A stretch of 64,000 nucleotides of DNA from Phenylobacterium sp. (GCF_037189685.1 NZ_JBBCIT010000003.1:106014-170013), one strand, 5' to 3'. Positions 42,459 through 52,495 are shown, counted from the first letter of the stretch. A program made the numbers and translations. Notes: generated by a model not told the origin, from the letters alone.

Positions 42459-42518
42459 TTTCGCCACGCCGAACCATATGATCTGGGTCCCGGCATTCGC
42501 CGGGATGAGCGGAAGGAT

Positions 42519-44198
42519 CTATATCCGCAGCACCGTCGTCTCCACCACGGGCCGCTTGCCCCAGATGCGCTGGCTGGCCTTCTTCACCGCCCGGGTGATC
42601 ATGGTCTCGATGGTGTCGTCGAGATCCCGGTCCTCGCCCTTCAGGCGCTTGAGCGCCTGCTCGGCCTCGTCGGCCAGTTCGTCGAGGATGTCGTCCAGCG
42701 CGCTCTCGCCGTCGGCGGGCAGCCCCAGGACGCGCACCTGCGGGCCGCTGACGATCCGGCTGCGGCCGTCCAGCGCCACCGAGACCGCGATCATCCCGTT
42801 GTAGGCGGCGTGGCGGCGCTCGCGCAGCGCATCGCCGTTCTCGGGCGTCAGCACGCCCGCGTCCACGAACAGGCGGCCGGCGGGCACCTCGTCGATCACC
42901 TCGGCGCGGCCGGGCGCCAGCCGCACGAGGTCGCCGTTGCGGGGCGTCACCTGCTGCGGCACCTGGAGGTCGCGGGCGAAGGCCGCGTGCTCCATCAGGT
43001 GGCGCCGCTCGCCGTGCGTCGGCACCGCCACCTGCGGCCGCGCCCAGCGGTACATCTCGGCCAGCTCGTCGCGGCACGGGTGGCCCGAGACGTGGATGCC
43101 CGGATGGTCGCGCTCGGTGTAGAGCCGCACGCCGCGCTCGGTCAGCTTGTTCTGCAGGTTGCGGATCGGGATCTCGTTGCCCGGGATCACCCGGCTGGAG
43201 AAGACCACGCTGTCGCCCGAGGCCAGCTTCACGTGCGGATGCGTGCCCTCGGCGATCCGGGCCAGCGCGGCCCGCGGCTCGCCCTGGCTGCCGGTGCAGA
43301 GATAGAGCACCGCGTTCTCCGGCAGGTGCTTGGCCTCGGTGTCGTCCAGGAAGGGCTGGATGTCCTGCATCAGGCCGACCGACTTCGCCGCCGCCGCCAT
43401 CCGGTGCATCGAGCGCCCGGCGAGGCAGACGCGGCGCCCCGCCGCCTCGGCCGCGCGGATCACGCTGTCCATCCGCGCCACGTTCGACGCGAAGCACGCC
43501 ACCGCCACCTTGCCCTTCAGGCCGCCGATCAGCGACGTCATGGCCTCGCGCACGTCGGCCTCGGACCCGGCGTGGCCGTCCACGAAGACGTTGGTGCTGT
43601 CGCACACCATCGCCAACACGCCCTCGTCGCCCAGCCGGCGGATCGCGGCGGCGTCGGTGACGTCCCCCAGCAGCGGGTCGGGGTCGATCTTCCAGTCGCC
43701 GGTGTGCAGGATCGTGCCCAGCGGCGTGCGGATCGCCAGGCCGTTCGGCTCGGGGATGGAGTGCGTCAGGGTGATGAGGTCCAGCGTGAACGGCCCCAGC
43801 TCGATCCGCCCGCCCAGCGGGACCTCGGTGATCTCCACCTCGTCCAGTAGGTCGGCCTCGCGCAGCTTCTCGCGCAGGATGAAGGCGGTGAACGGCGTCG
43901 CGTAGATCGGCGCCTGGAGCCGTGGCCACAGCCAGGCCACGGCGCCGATGTGATCCTCGTGCGCGTGCGTCAGCACGATGCCCAGGATGCGGTCGGCGTA
44001 CGCCTCGATGAACGTCGGGTCGGGCAGGATCACCTCGACGCCCGGCGTGGTCTGGTCGCCGAACGTCACGCCCAGGTCGACCACGATCCACTTGCGGTCG
44101 TGCGCCGGGCCGAAGCCGTACAGGTTGAAGTTCATCCCGATCTCGTTCGACCCGCCGAGCGGCAGGAAGACGAGTTCGTCGTCTCTGGATTTCGCCAT
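42519..44198 (-). CDS. rnj: ribonuclease J
   Basis: From ATG 44198 in ORF 42519..44909. Metallo-beta-lactamase HAHEDHIG, followed by beta-CASP and C-terminal domains. Confidence 0.9.
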   Translation of the reverse strand: MAKSRDDELVFLPLGGSNEIGMNFNLYGFGPAHDRKWIVVDLGVTFGDQTTPGVEVILPDPTFIEAYADRILGIVLTHAHEDHIGAVAWLWPRLQAPIYATPFTAFILREKLREADLLDEVEITEVPLGGRIELGPFTLDLITLTHSIPEPNGLAIRTPLGTILHTGDWKIDPDPLLGDVTDAAAIRRLGDEGVLAMVCDSTNVFVDGHAGSEADVREAMTSLIGGLKGKVAVACFASNVARMDSVIRAAEAAGRRVCLAGRSMHRMAAAAKSVGLMQDIQPFLDDTEAKHLPENAVLYLCTGSQGEPRAALARIAEGTHPHVKLASGDSVVFSSRVIPGNEIPIRNLQNKLTERGVRLYTERDHPGIHVSGHPCRDELAEMYRWARPQVAVPTHGERRHLMEHAAFARDLQVPQQVTPRNGDLVRLAPGRAEVIDEVPAGRLFVDAGVLTPENGDALRERRHAAYNGMIAVSVALDGRSRIVSGPQVRVLGLPADGESALDDILDELADEAEQALKRLKGEDRDLDDTIETMITRAVKKASQRIWGKRPVVETTVLRI

Positions 44199-44971
44199 CA
44201 GGCCTTCTTCGTGTTCCGCCGCCAGATCTCCAGCATGCCACGGATGGTCAGGTCGGAGTCGAAGTGATCGATGCTGGTCGTCGCGCCGTGGAACAGCGAG
44301 GCGACACCGCCGGTCGCGACGACGGTCAGGGGTTCGGCGCGCTCGGCCTTGATCCGCGAGATCAGGCCTTCGATCAGGGCGATGTAGCCCCAGAACACGC
44401 CCGACTGCATGGCGCCCACCGTATCGGTGCCGACCACCCGCTGCGGCTTCTGGATCGCCACCCGCGGCAGCTTGGCGGCGGCCGAGTGCAACGCCTCCAT
44501 CGACAGGTTGATGCCCGGCGCGATCACCCCGCCCTCGAAGCCGCCGTCCGCGGCGATGATGTCGAATGTGGTCGCCGTGCCGCTGTCGATGACGATCAGG
44601 GCGCCGGGATGGGCGGCGTGTGCGCCCACCGCGTTCACCAGCCGGTCGGCGCCGGCCTCGGACGGCTTGTCGATGCGGACCGGTATGCCCAGGTCCACGT
44701 TCTCGCCGATCACGAGCGGTTCGACGTGCAGGTAGCGCCGCGCCAGGTTGCGCAGGTTGAAGATCGACTGCGGCACCACGCTGGAGATGATGCAGGCGTC
44801 GAAAGCCCCCAGCGCCAGGCCGGCCATGCCCAGGAGTTGCGAAAGCCAGACGGCGTATTCGTCGGCCGTCCGCGTGGAGTCGGTGCCGGCCCGCCACTGC
44901 GCCGTCCACCGTTCGCCGTCATGAACGGCGAACAGGGTGTTGGTGTTGCCCTGCTCGATGGCCAGCAGCAT
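44198..44971 (-). CDS. coaX: type III pantothenate kinase
   Basis: [16 protein letters not shown] and [12 protein letters not shown] motifs. The stop shares 1 nt with the rnj ATG. Confidence 0.92.
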   Translation of the reverse strand: MLLAIEQGNTNTLFAVHDGERWTAQWRAGTDSTRTADEYAVWLSQLLGMAGLALGAFDACIISSVVPQSIFNLRNLARRYLHVEPLVIGENVDLGIPVRIDKPSEAGADRLVNAVGAHAAHPGALIVIDSGTATTFDIIAADGGFEGGVIAPGINLSMEALHSAAAKLPRVAIQKPQRVVGTDTVGAMQSGVFWGYIALIEGLISRIKAERAEPLTVVATGGVASLFHGATTSIDHFDSDLTIRGMLEIWRRNTKKA

Positions 44972-44972
44972 G

Positions 44973-45713
44973 TCACGCCTCCCCGAAGAACACGTCGCCC
45001 GCGGTTATCCGCTCCAGCCCGCCGTCGTCCAGCCGCAGCCGGAGCGCCCCGTCCGCGTCCAGGCCCTCGGCGACGCCCCGCAGGGTCCGGTTCGGCAACC
45101 GCGCCTCGCACGGCTGTCCCAGGCCCGTCGCCCGCTCTGACCAGCCCGCGGCGATGGGCGCGAACCCCTGCGTGGTCCACGCGACCCGCCAGCGCTCGAA
45201 GGCCGGCGCCAGGACGTCCAGGGCCGCGCGCGGGGTCGGCGGCGGCCCCGCCATATGGTCGGCGAACGCCGTCGCGGGGCGCTCGACGTCGGTGGGCGCA
45301 TGGGCGAGGTTCACCCCGATCCCCACCGCCAGCCACAGCCGTCCGTCCGGCCGCGTGCCGGATTCCACCAGGATGCCCACGGCCTTGCGCCCGTGGACCA
45401 GCACGTCGTTCGGCCATTTCAGCCGCGCCGCGCCGGGCCCCAGGCAGGTGTCGGCCAGGTCGCACGCCGCCAGCGCGGCCACGAAGGAAAGCTGCGCCGC
45501 CTCGCCCGGCGGCCGGTCCGTGGTGGCCAGTAGCGTGGCCGCCAGGTTGCCGCGGAGCGTCGACCACGCCCGTCCCCGCCGCCCGCGCCCGGCGGTCTGG
45601 ACGGCGGCGGTGATCCAGACGGGGCCGCCCTCGCCCGCCTCGCCGCGGCGTCGCGCCTCGGCGTTGGTGGAGTCGAGTTCCTCGTAGGCCTCGATGGGCG
45701 GGGTCGCGACCAA
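44973..45713 (-). CDS. birA: biotin--[acetyl-CoA-carboxylase] ligase (no N-terminal HTH)
   Basis: [13 protein letters not shown] motif and KWPNDVL. 246 aa. Confidence 0.9.
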   Translation of the reverse strand: MVATPPIEAYEELDSTNAEARRRGEAGEGGPVWITAAVQTAGRGRRGRAWSTLRGNLAATLLATTDRPPGEAAQLSFVAALAACDLADTCLGPGAARLKWPNDVLVHGRKAVGILVESGTRPDGRLWLAVGIGVNLAHAPTDVERPATAFADHMAGPPPTPRAALDVLAPAFERWRVAWTTQGFAPIAAGWSERATGLGQPCEARLPNRTLRGVAEGLDADGALRLRLDDGGLERITAGDVFFGEA

Positions 45714-45716
45714 GCC

Positions 45717-47147
45717 CTAGGCCAGGCCCAGCGACAGCGCCGCGCGCTGGGCCAGCGGGGTCAGCCAGACCAGGGCGACCAGCACGACCGGGAAGGCGAA
45801 GATCGCCGTCACGGCCGCGATCGCCCGCGCCTCGGCCGGCGGCTTGTCGGTGGCGCCGGGGCTGCCGTCGAACCACATCACCTTGATGAGCCGCAGGTAG
45901 TAGAAGGCCGCCACGACCGATCCCACGAGGCCGATCACCGCCGCCACCCAGAGTCCGGCGTCGATCGCCGCCTTGAAGACGAAGACCTTGGCCCAGAAGC
46001 CCGAGAACGGCGGCAGGCCCAGCGCCGACAGCGCGAAGACGGTCATGGCCAGCGCCAGCCCCGGCCGTTCCTTGATCAGGCCCGCCATGTCGTCGATCGT
46101 CTCCATCGGCCGCCCGTCGCGCGACAGCGCGGCCAGGCAGGCGAAGAAGCCCGTCACGTCGATCATGTACAGGATCATGAACATCAGCATCGCCTGCACG
46201 CCGTCCGACGTACCCGACGAAAGTCCCAGGACCGCGTAGCCGACGTTGGCGATCGAGGAATAGGCCCACAGGCGCTTCAGATTCTTCTGCACCAGGCCGC
46301 CGAAGGCCCCGACCGCCACCGAGATGAGGGCCAGGACAACCAGCACCTGCTGCCACTGATCGGCCGCGCCGGCGAACCCGTCAGCCAGCACGCGGGCGAA
46401 CAGCACCATCGCGGCCAGCTTCGGAGCCGCGGCGAAGAAGGCCACCACCGGCGTCGGCGCGCCTTCGTAGACGTCCGGCGTCCACATGTGGAACGGCGCC
46501 GCCGAGACCTTGAAGGCCAAGCCGCAGATCAGGAAGACGAGGCCGAACAGGAGGCCCGTGTCGGCGCCCGAACCGGCCGCCGCGGCGATCTCGGAATACA
46601 GCGTCGAGCCCGAGAAGCCGTAGACCAGGCTGGCCCCGTACAGCAGCATCCCCGACGAGAGCGCCCCGAGGACGAAGTATTTCAGGCCGGCTTCCGAGGC
46701 CTTCGGGTTGTCGCGGTGCATCGCCGCCAGGACGTAGAGCGACAGCGACGACAGCTCGACGCCCACGTACAGCGAGATCAGGTCGCCGGACGAGGCCATC
46801 ATGCCCATGCCCAGCGCGGCCAGCAGCACCAGCACCGGGAACTCGAACACCCGCACGCCCCGCCGCTCGAACCACGGCAGGCCCAGGGGGATCGCCACGG
46901 CCGAGGCCAGGTAGATCGCCACCTTGGCGAAGCTGGCCGCCGCGTCCGAGATCAGCCCGCCGCCGAACGCTTCGCCGAACGGCTGCGTCGCCGAAGCCAC
47001 GGCCGCCGCCAGCAGCACCAGCACCGCGCCGCCGCCCACCAGCCGGGTCTGCTTCGGCGCGAAGGCGCCCACGACCAGCAGGCCCAGGGAGCCGAGGGCC
47101 AGGACGATCTCAGGGAGGGCCAGCGCCAGATTGTCGGTGAAGGTCAT
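45717..47147 (-). CDS. nuoN: NADH-quinone oxidoreductase subunit N
   Basis: 476 aa polytopic antiporter-like subunit; last gene of the nuo block. Confidence 0.95.
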   Translation of the reverse strand: MTFTDNLALALPEIVLALGSLGLLVVGAFAPKQTRLVGGGAVLVLLAAAVASATQPFGEAFGGGLISDAAASFAKVAIYLASAVAIPLGLPWFERRGVRVFEFPVLVLLAALGMGMMASSGDLISLYVGVELSSLSLYVLAAMHRDNPKASEAGLKYFVLGALSSGMLLYGASLVYGFSGSTLYSEIAAAAGSGADTGLLFGLVFLICGLAFKVSAAPFHMWTPDVYEGAPTPVVAFFAAAPKLAAMVLFARVLADGFAGAADQWQQVLVVLALISVAVGAFGGLVQKNLKRLWAYSSIANVGYAVLGLSSGTSDGVQAMLMFMILYMIDVTGFFACLAALSRDGRPMETIDDMAGLIKERPGLALAMTVFALSALGLPPFSGFWAKVFVFKAAIDAGLWVAAVIGLVGSVVAAFYYLRLIKVMWFDGSPGATDKPPAEARAIAAVTAIFAFPVVLVALVWLTPLAQRAALSLGLA

Positions 47148-47156
47148 CGAACGTCC

Positions 47157-48641
47157 CTACCCGCCGATGGCCGCACGATAGACCTGCACGAGCTGGTCGA
47201 CCGACGCCTGGGTCACGTTGAACACGGAGTTGGGCTGCACGCCCATGTAGAGGGTGGCGATCACGAGCGGCGCGAAGATCGCGATCTCGCGCCAGTCCAG
47301 GTCCTCGATGGCCGAAAGCTTCGGATTGGTCATCTCGCCGAACACCACGCGCCGGTACAGCGTGAGCATGTAGACCGCCGAGAGGATGACGCCGCTGGCC
47401 GCCAGGATGGCCGCCCAGGTCGACACCTCGTAGACGCCCACCATGGCCAGCACCTCGCCCACGAAGCCGCTGGTGCCCGGCAGGCCCACGTTGCCCATGG
47501 TGAACAGCATGAACACGCCCGCGTAGAACGGCATCCGCTTCACCAGCCCGCCGTAGAACGCGATCTCGCGGGTGTGCATGCGGTCGTAGATCACGCCGAC
47601 GCAGAGGAAGAGCGCGCCCGAGATCACCCCGTGGCTCAGCATCTGGAAGATGGCGCCCTGCTCGCCCTCGGCGTTGCCGGCGAAGATGCCCATGGTCACC
47701 AGGCCCATGTGGGCCACCGACGAATAGGCGATCAGCTTCTTCACGTCGGTCTGCCGGAACGCGATCAGCGAGGTGTAGATCACCGCGATCACCGACAGGG
47801 TCAGGACCAGGGGCGTGAACAGGTCGGAGGCCTGCGGGAACATCGGCAGCGAGAAGCGCAGGAAGCCGTAGCCGCCCATCTTCAGCAGGATGCCCGCCAG
47901 GATCACCGAGCCGGCGGTCGGCGCCTCGACGTGCGCGTCGGGCAGCCAGGTGTGGACCGGCCACATCGGCATCTTCACCGCGAACGACGCGAAGAACGCC
48001 AGCCACAGCCAGGTCTGGGCCTCGGGCGTGAAGGCGTACTGCATCAGCGCCGGGATCGAGCTGGTCCCGCTGACCCCGATCATGAACAGGATCGCCGCCA
48101 GCATGAGCACCGAGCCCAGCAGGGTGTAGAGGAAGAACTTGAAGGCGGCGTACACCCGCCGCGCGCCGCCCCAGATGCCGATGATCAGGAACATCGGGAC
48201 CAGGCCGAACTCGAAGAAGATGTAGAACAGCACCAGGTCCAGCGCGCAGAACACGCCGATCACCAGCGTCTCCAGCACCAGGAAGGCGATCAGGTATTCG
48301 TGGACCCGCTTGTCGATCGACCGCCACGACGCGGCGATGCACAGCGGCATCAGGAACGCCGTCAGCAGCACGAACAGGATCGAGATCCCGTCCACGCCCA
48401 TCCGGTAGCTCAGGCCCATGAACCAGGCCGTCTCTTCCACGAACTGGAAGCCCGGGTTCGAGGAGTCGTACTGCGCGACCAGCAGGACCGAGAGGACGAA
48501 GGTGGCCAGGGTGGTGACCAGCGCGATCCAGCGCGCCGTCTCGGCCGACTTCGGATCGTCCGCACGCCCGCCGAAGCGCAGGGCCAGGATGCCCAGCACG
48601 CCCACCAGCGGCGCATAGGTGATGAGGGAGAGAAGCGGCAT
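47157..48641 (-). CDS. nuoM: NADH-quinone oxidoreductase subunit M
   Basis: 494 aa antiporter-like subunit ([19 protein letters not shown]). Confidence 0.95.
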   Translation of the reverse strand: MPLLSLITYAPLVGVLGILALRFGGRADDPKSAETARWIALVTTLATFVLSVLLVAQYDSSNPGFQFVEETAWFMGLSYRMGVDGISILFVLLTAFLMPLCIAASWRSIDKRVHEYLIAFLVLETLVIGVFCALDLVLFYIFFEFGLVPMFLIIGIWGGARRVYAAFKFFLYTLLGSVLMLAAILFMIGVSGTSSIPALMQYAFTPEAQTWLWLAFFASFAVKMPMWPVHTWLPDAHVEAPTAGSVILAGILLKMGGYGFLRFSLPMFPQASDLFTPLVLTLSVIAVIYTSLIAFRQTDVKKLIAYSSVAHMGLVTMGIFAGNAEGEQGAIFQMLSHGVISGALFLCVGVIYDRMHTREIAFYGGLVKRMPFYAGVFMLFTMGNVGLPGTSGFVGEVLAMVGVYEVSTWAAILAASGVILSAVYMLTLYRRVVFGEMTNPKLSAIEDLDWREIAIFAPLVIATLYMGVQPNSVFNVTQASVDQLVQVYRAAIGG

Positions 48642-48659
48642 CTTAAGTGGTCATCCCCC

Positions 48660-50789
48660 TCAGGCGGACCAGGCCCAGATCGCGTAGGTCAGGAGACCCG
48701 CGACGCCGAGCAGCATGACGAAGGCGTAGTGGTAGACGTAGCCCGACTGGAGGCGCCCGGCGCCCTTGCCCACCCGGACCGACAGCGCCGAGACCCCGTC
48801 GGGGCCCAGCCCGTCGATGATCTTCTGGTCGCCGCCCTTCCAGAACAGGTCGCCCAGCCACTTCGCCGCGCGGACGAAGGTGGCCTGGTACAGCTCGTCG
48901 AAGAACCACTTGTTGTAGAAGAAGACGTAGAGGATGCCCTCGCGCGCGGCGAGCTTGGCCCCCAGGCCTTCCTTCCAGATGTACATGTAGGCCGCCACCA
49001 GCAGGCCGCCGACCGAGGCGACCAGCGGGGCGAGGTAGACCCATAGCGGCGCATGGTGGCCGCCCTCGCCCGCATGCTCCGCGGGCAGGTTGAAGATGGC
49101 GCCCCGCCAGAAGTCGCCGGCATGGCTGCCGATGAACTCGTGGTGGAACACGAAGCCGGCGAAGATCGCGCCGGCCGCCAGCACCAGCAGCGGGATGCGC
49201 ATCGTCCACGGGCTCTCGTGCGGCTTGTGCTCGCCGTGGCCGTGCGCACCGTGATGGCCGTGATCATGCGCGTCGGGCAGCGGCTCGCTGTGGGTCTCGT
49301 GCTGCGCGTCGGTCGCGTGGTCGTCGTGCGTGTGGTGGTCGCGGTTGTGCCAGTGGTGCTCCAGGTCCTCGGGCGTCCAGCGCGCGTGGCCGTTGAAGGT
49401 GAAGAACGCCAGCCGCCACGAATAGAACGCCGTCAGGCCCGCCACCAGAACGCCGATGAAGAAGGCGAAGTAGCCTACCGCATGGCCCGCCCCGCCGGCC
49501 TCGTAGGCGGCGTGGATGATCGCGTCCTTGGAATAGAAGCCGGCGAAGCCCAGCTCCAGCGCGGGCGCGCCCAGGCCCACGCCGGGGATGCCCAGGCCGG
49601 TGATGGCGATGGTGCCGATCATCATCACCACCGCGGTGATCGGCAGGTACTTCTGCAGCGCGCCGTAGCGGCGCATGTCCTGCTCGTGCGCCATGCCGTG
49701 GATCACCGAGCCGGCGCCCAGGAACAGCAGCGCCTTGAAGAAGGCGTGGGTGAACAGGTGGAACATCGCCGCCTGGTAGGCCCCCACGCCGGCGGCGAAG
49801 AACATGTAGCCGAGCTGCGAGCAGGTCGAGTAGGCGATCACCCGCTTGATGTCGTTCTGCGTCAGGCCGACCGTAGCGGCGAACAGGGCCGTCACCGCGC
49901 CGATCACGGTCACGATGGTCTTGGTCACCGGGGCGTATTCGAACATCGGCGACAGCAGGCAGACCATGTAGACGCCGGCCGTCACCATGGTGGCGGCGTG
50001 GATCAGGGCCGACACCGGCGTCGGGCCCTCCATCGCGTCGGGCAGCCAGGTGTGCAGGAAGAACTGCGCCGACTTGCCCATCGCGCCCACGAACAGCAGC
50101 GCGCAGGCCAGGTCGATCAGCGAGAAATGGCCGCCGGCGAAGTCCCAGCCCTCGCCCACCGCGCCCTGGATCAGCGGGAACAGCTTGGCGAACTCGATGG
50201 TCCCGAAGGCCCAGAACACCGTCATGATCCCCAGCACGAAGCCGAAGTCGCCCACGCGGTTGACCACAAACGCCTTGATCGAGGCGGCGTTGGCCGAATC
50301 CTTGTGATGCCAGAAGCCGATCAGCAGGTAGCTGGCCAGCCCCACGCCTTCCCAGCCGAAGAAGAGCTGCATGAAGTCGGCGGCGCTGATCAGCGCCAGC
50401 ATGGCGAAGGTGAACAGCGACAGGTAGGCGAAGAACCGCGGCTTGCTGGGGTCCTCGGCCATGTACCCCCAGGAATACAGGTGCACGAGCGAGGAGACGG
50501 TGGTCACCACCACCAGCATCACCGCCGACAGCGCGTCCAGGCGGAACGACCAGTTCGAGACGAAGTCGCCCACATGGATGAAGGGCGCATAGGTGAGCGT
50601 GAACGGCTGCAGGCCGCCCCAGGTCCACTGGCTGAAGACCACCCACGACAGGATCGCCGACAGGAAGAGGAAGCCGGTGGTGACGGCCATGGCCGGCTTG
50701 TCGCCGATCAGCTTGCCGAACAGGCCGGCCGTGATCGCGCCGATCAGCGGCCCGAACAGGATGATGGTGACGAGGGCTTCTGCGTTCAC
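48660..50789 (-). CDS. nuoL: NADH-quinone oxidoreductase subunit L
   Basis: 709 aa (WLPDAMEGPTPVSALIHAATMV). His-rich insertion before the C-terminal helices. Confidence 0.95.
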   Translation of the reverse strand: MNAEALVTIILFGPLIGAITAGLFGKLIGDKPAMAVTTGFLFLSAILSWVVFSQWTWGGLQPFTLTYAPFIHVGDFVSNWSFRLDALSAVMLVVVTTVSSLVHLYSWGYMAEDPSKPRFFAYLSLFTFAMLALISAADFMQLFFGWEGVGLASYLLIGFWHHKDSANAASIKAFVVNRVGDFGFVLGIMTVFWAFGTIEFAKLFPLIQGAVGEGWDFAGGHFSLIDLACALLFVGAMGKSAQFFLHTWLPDAMEGPTPVSALIHAATMVTAGVYMVCLLSPMFEYAPVTKTIVTVIGAVTALFAATVGLTQNDIKRVIAYSTCSQLGYMFFAAGVGAYQAAMFHLFTHAFFKALLFLGAGSVIHGMAHEQDMRRYGALQKYLPITAVVMMIGTIAITGLGIPGVGLGAPALELGFAGFYSKDAIIHAAYEAGGAGHAVGYFAFFIGVLVAGLTAFYSWRLAFFTFNGHARWTPEDLEHHWHNRDHHTHDDHATDAQHETHSEPLPDAHDHGHHGAHGHGEHKPHESPWTMRIPLLVLAAGAIFAGFVFHHEFIGSHAGDFWRGAIFNLPAEHAGEGGHHAPLWVYLAPLVASVGGLLVAAYMYIWKEGLGAKLAAREGILYVFFYNKWFFDELYQATFVRAAKWLGDLFWKGGDQKIIDGLGPDGVSALSVRVGKGAGRLQSGYVYHYAFVMLLGVAGLLTYAIWAWSA

Positions 50790-50796
50790 GACCGGA

Positions 50797-51105
50797 TCAG
50801 CCCTTCATCATCGAGGCGTCGTCCACGGCGATGTCGCCGCGGGTGCGGAAGAAGGTGACGAGGATCGCCAGGCCCACCGCCGCCTCGGCGGCGGCGACGG
50901 TCAGCACGAACATGGCGAAGATCTGCCCCACCACGTTGCCGAGATAGACCGAGAAGGCCACCAGGTTGATGTTGACCGCCAGCAGGATCAGCTCGATCGA
51001 CATCAGGATGACGATGACGTTCTTGCGGTTCACGAAGATCCCGAACACGCCGATCGTGAACAGGATCGCGGCGACCGCCAGATAGTGCGAAAGGCCGATG
51101 ATCAT
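50797..51105 (-). CDS. nuoK: NADH-quinone oxidoreductase subunit K
   Basis: 102 aa with three TM helices ([24 protein letters not shown]). Confidence 0.95.
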   Translation of the reverse strand: MIIGLSHYLAVAAILFTIGVFGIFVNRKNVIVILMSIELILLAVNINLVAFSVYLGNVVGQIFAMFVLTVAAAEAAVGLAILVTFFRTRGDIAVDDASMMKG

Positions 51106-51220
51106 CCTTCTACGCTCCGTTGGAGCTTCGAAGGATCGGTCCTCCGAAGGCGTTCGGCCGCTATGGCGAGTTGGAGAGCGGTGTGGAGGGCGTGTCCTCC
51201 GAAGCCCTGGCGAAGGAGGA

Positions 51221-51841
51221 TCATTCCCCGATCCCCTCGCCCGGCTTCGGATTGACGAGCTTCATGCCCGTGGCGGGCGTCCGCCGCATCTGCTCCATGA
51301 CCGACTGGCGCTTCACGCCGGGCTTGTGGCGCAGCGTCAGCACGATGGCGCCGATCATGGCCACCAGAAGCACCAAGCCCGCGGCCTGGAAGAAGTAGAC
51401 GTAGTCCGTGTAGAGCACCCGCCCGATCGCCTCGGCGTTGGTCACGTCGGCCCCGCCCGACGCCATCGGGACGGCGTCGGCCCCGGCCGCGCCCCGCGCC
51501 GCCACCGTGCTCGACACCAGAACCATCTCGGCGGCCAGGAAGCCCGCGATCAGCAGGCCCACGGGCATGTATCGCGCAAAGCCCTGCCGCAGGGCGGCGA
51601 AGTCCACGTCCAGCATCATGACGACGAACAGGAACAGCACCGCGACGGCGCCCACATAGACCACCACCAGCAGCATCGCGAGGAACTCCGCGCCCATCAG
51701 GACGAAGAGACCGGCGGCCGAGAAGAAGGCCAGGATCAGCCACAGCACCGAATGCACCGGGTTGCGGGCCGAGACCACGCAGAATCCGGACGCCACGGTC
51801 ACCGCCGCCAGCAGATAGAATGCGATCGCCTGCAGGGCCAT
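51221..51841 (-). CDS. nuoJ: NADH-quinone oxidoreductase subunit J
   Basis: ORF 51221..51997, with start taken at ATG 51841 ([19 protein letters not shown]). The upstream 52 codons are a read-through of hairpin element C. Confidence 0.92.
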   Translation of the reverse strand: MALQAIAFYLLAAVTVASGFCVVSARNPVHSVLWLILAFFSAAGLFVLMGAEFLAMLLVVVYVGAVAVLFLFVVMMLDVDFAALRQGFARYMPVGLLIAGFLAAEMVLVSSTVAARGAAGADAVPMASGGADVTNAEAIGRVLYTDYVYFFQAAGLVLLVAMIGAIVLTLRHKPGVKRQSVMEQMRRTPATGMKLVNPKPGEGIGE

Positions 51842-51880
51842 TGGGCCTTCGTTCAACCCCTCAATCCATTTGCTCGGATC

Positions 51881-51965
51881 GTCATCCCCGGGCTTGTCCC
51901 GGGGACCCATGAACACCAGCCTCTCCAGGGTGTTCATAGGTGGCCGGGACAAGCCCGGCCATGAC
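51881..51965. repeat. inverted hairpin pair (element C) in the nuoI-nuoJ spacer
   Basis: gtcat-ccccgggcttgtcccgggg-acccatgaacac (51881-51916), a 13-nt spacer, then gtgttcataggt-ggccgggacaagcccggcc-atgac (51930-51965). Confidence 0.85.
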
Positions 51966-52000
51966 GTGCGTCGTGGCGGCGCGGAATCGCGCCGCACGTC

Positions 52001-52495
52001 CTATCGGTACGGTGCGTCCAGTTCCAGATTCTTCGCGATTTCCCGTTCCCACCGGTCGCCGTTGTCCAGCAACCGGGCCTTGTCGTAGTAGAGCTCCTCG
52101 CGGGTCTCCACGGCGAACTCGGTGTTCGGGCCTTCCACGATGGCGTCCACCGGGCAGGCCTCCTGGCACAGGCCGCAATAGATGCACTTCACCATGTCGA
52201 TGTCGTAGCGGGTCGTCCGGCGGCTGCCGTCGGCGCGCGGCTCGGCCTCGATGGTGATCGCCTGGGCGGGACAGATCGCCTCGCACAGCTTGCAGGCGAT
52301 GCAGCGCTCCTCGCCGTTGGGATAGCGGCGCAGCGCGTGCTCGCCGCGGAAGCGCGGGCTCTGCGGCCCCCGCTCGTGCGGGTACTGCACCGTCTTCTTG
52401 GGCGCGGCCATGTACTTCAGGCCCAGCCCGAAGGCGCCCGCGAAGTCCAGCAGCGCGGCGCCCTTCAGCGCCTGTCCGATCCGGTCAAACATCAT
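52001..52495 (-). CDS. nuoI: NADH-quinone oxidoreductase subunit I
   Basis: From ATG 52495 ([12 protein letters not shown]). Two 4Fe-4S motifs: [12 protein letters not shown] and [12 protein letters not shown]. Confidence 0.95.
   Translation of the reverse strand: MMFDRIGQALKGAALLDFAGAFGLGLKYMAAPKKTVQYPHERGPQSPRFRGEHALRRYPNGEERCIACKLCEAICPAQAITIEAEPRADGSRRTTRYDIDMVKCIYCGLCQEACPVDAIVEGPNTEFAVETREELYYDKARLLDNGDRWEREIAKNLELDAPYR

Larger units (their letters stand above)
42009..42512 (+). mobile_element. GIY-YIG gene cassette bounded by 39-bp inverted hairpin repeats (element B); mobility is hypothetical
   Basis: The reverse complement of ccgctcatcccggcgaatgccgggacccagatcgtatgg (42009-42047) matches ccatatgatctgggtcccggcattcgccgggatgagcgg (42474-42512) at 38 of 39 positions. 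The interior is visibly lower in GC than its flanks. Confidence 0.45.

Noticed and set aside
51842-51997. 52-codon N-terminal extension of nuoJ in the ORF track ([20 protein letters not shown]...).
   Set aside because: It is a read-through of hairpin element C in the nuoI-nuoJ spacer. The conserved NuoJ N-terminus begins at [11 protein letters not shown] (ATG 51841).
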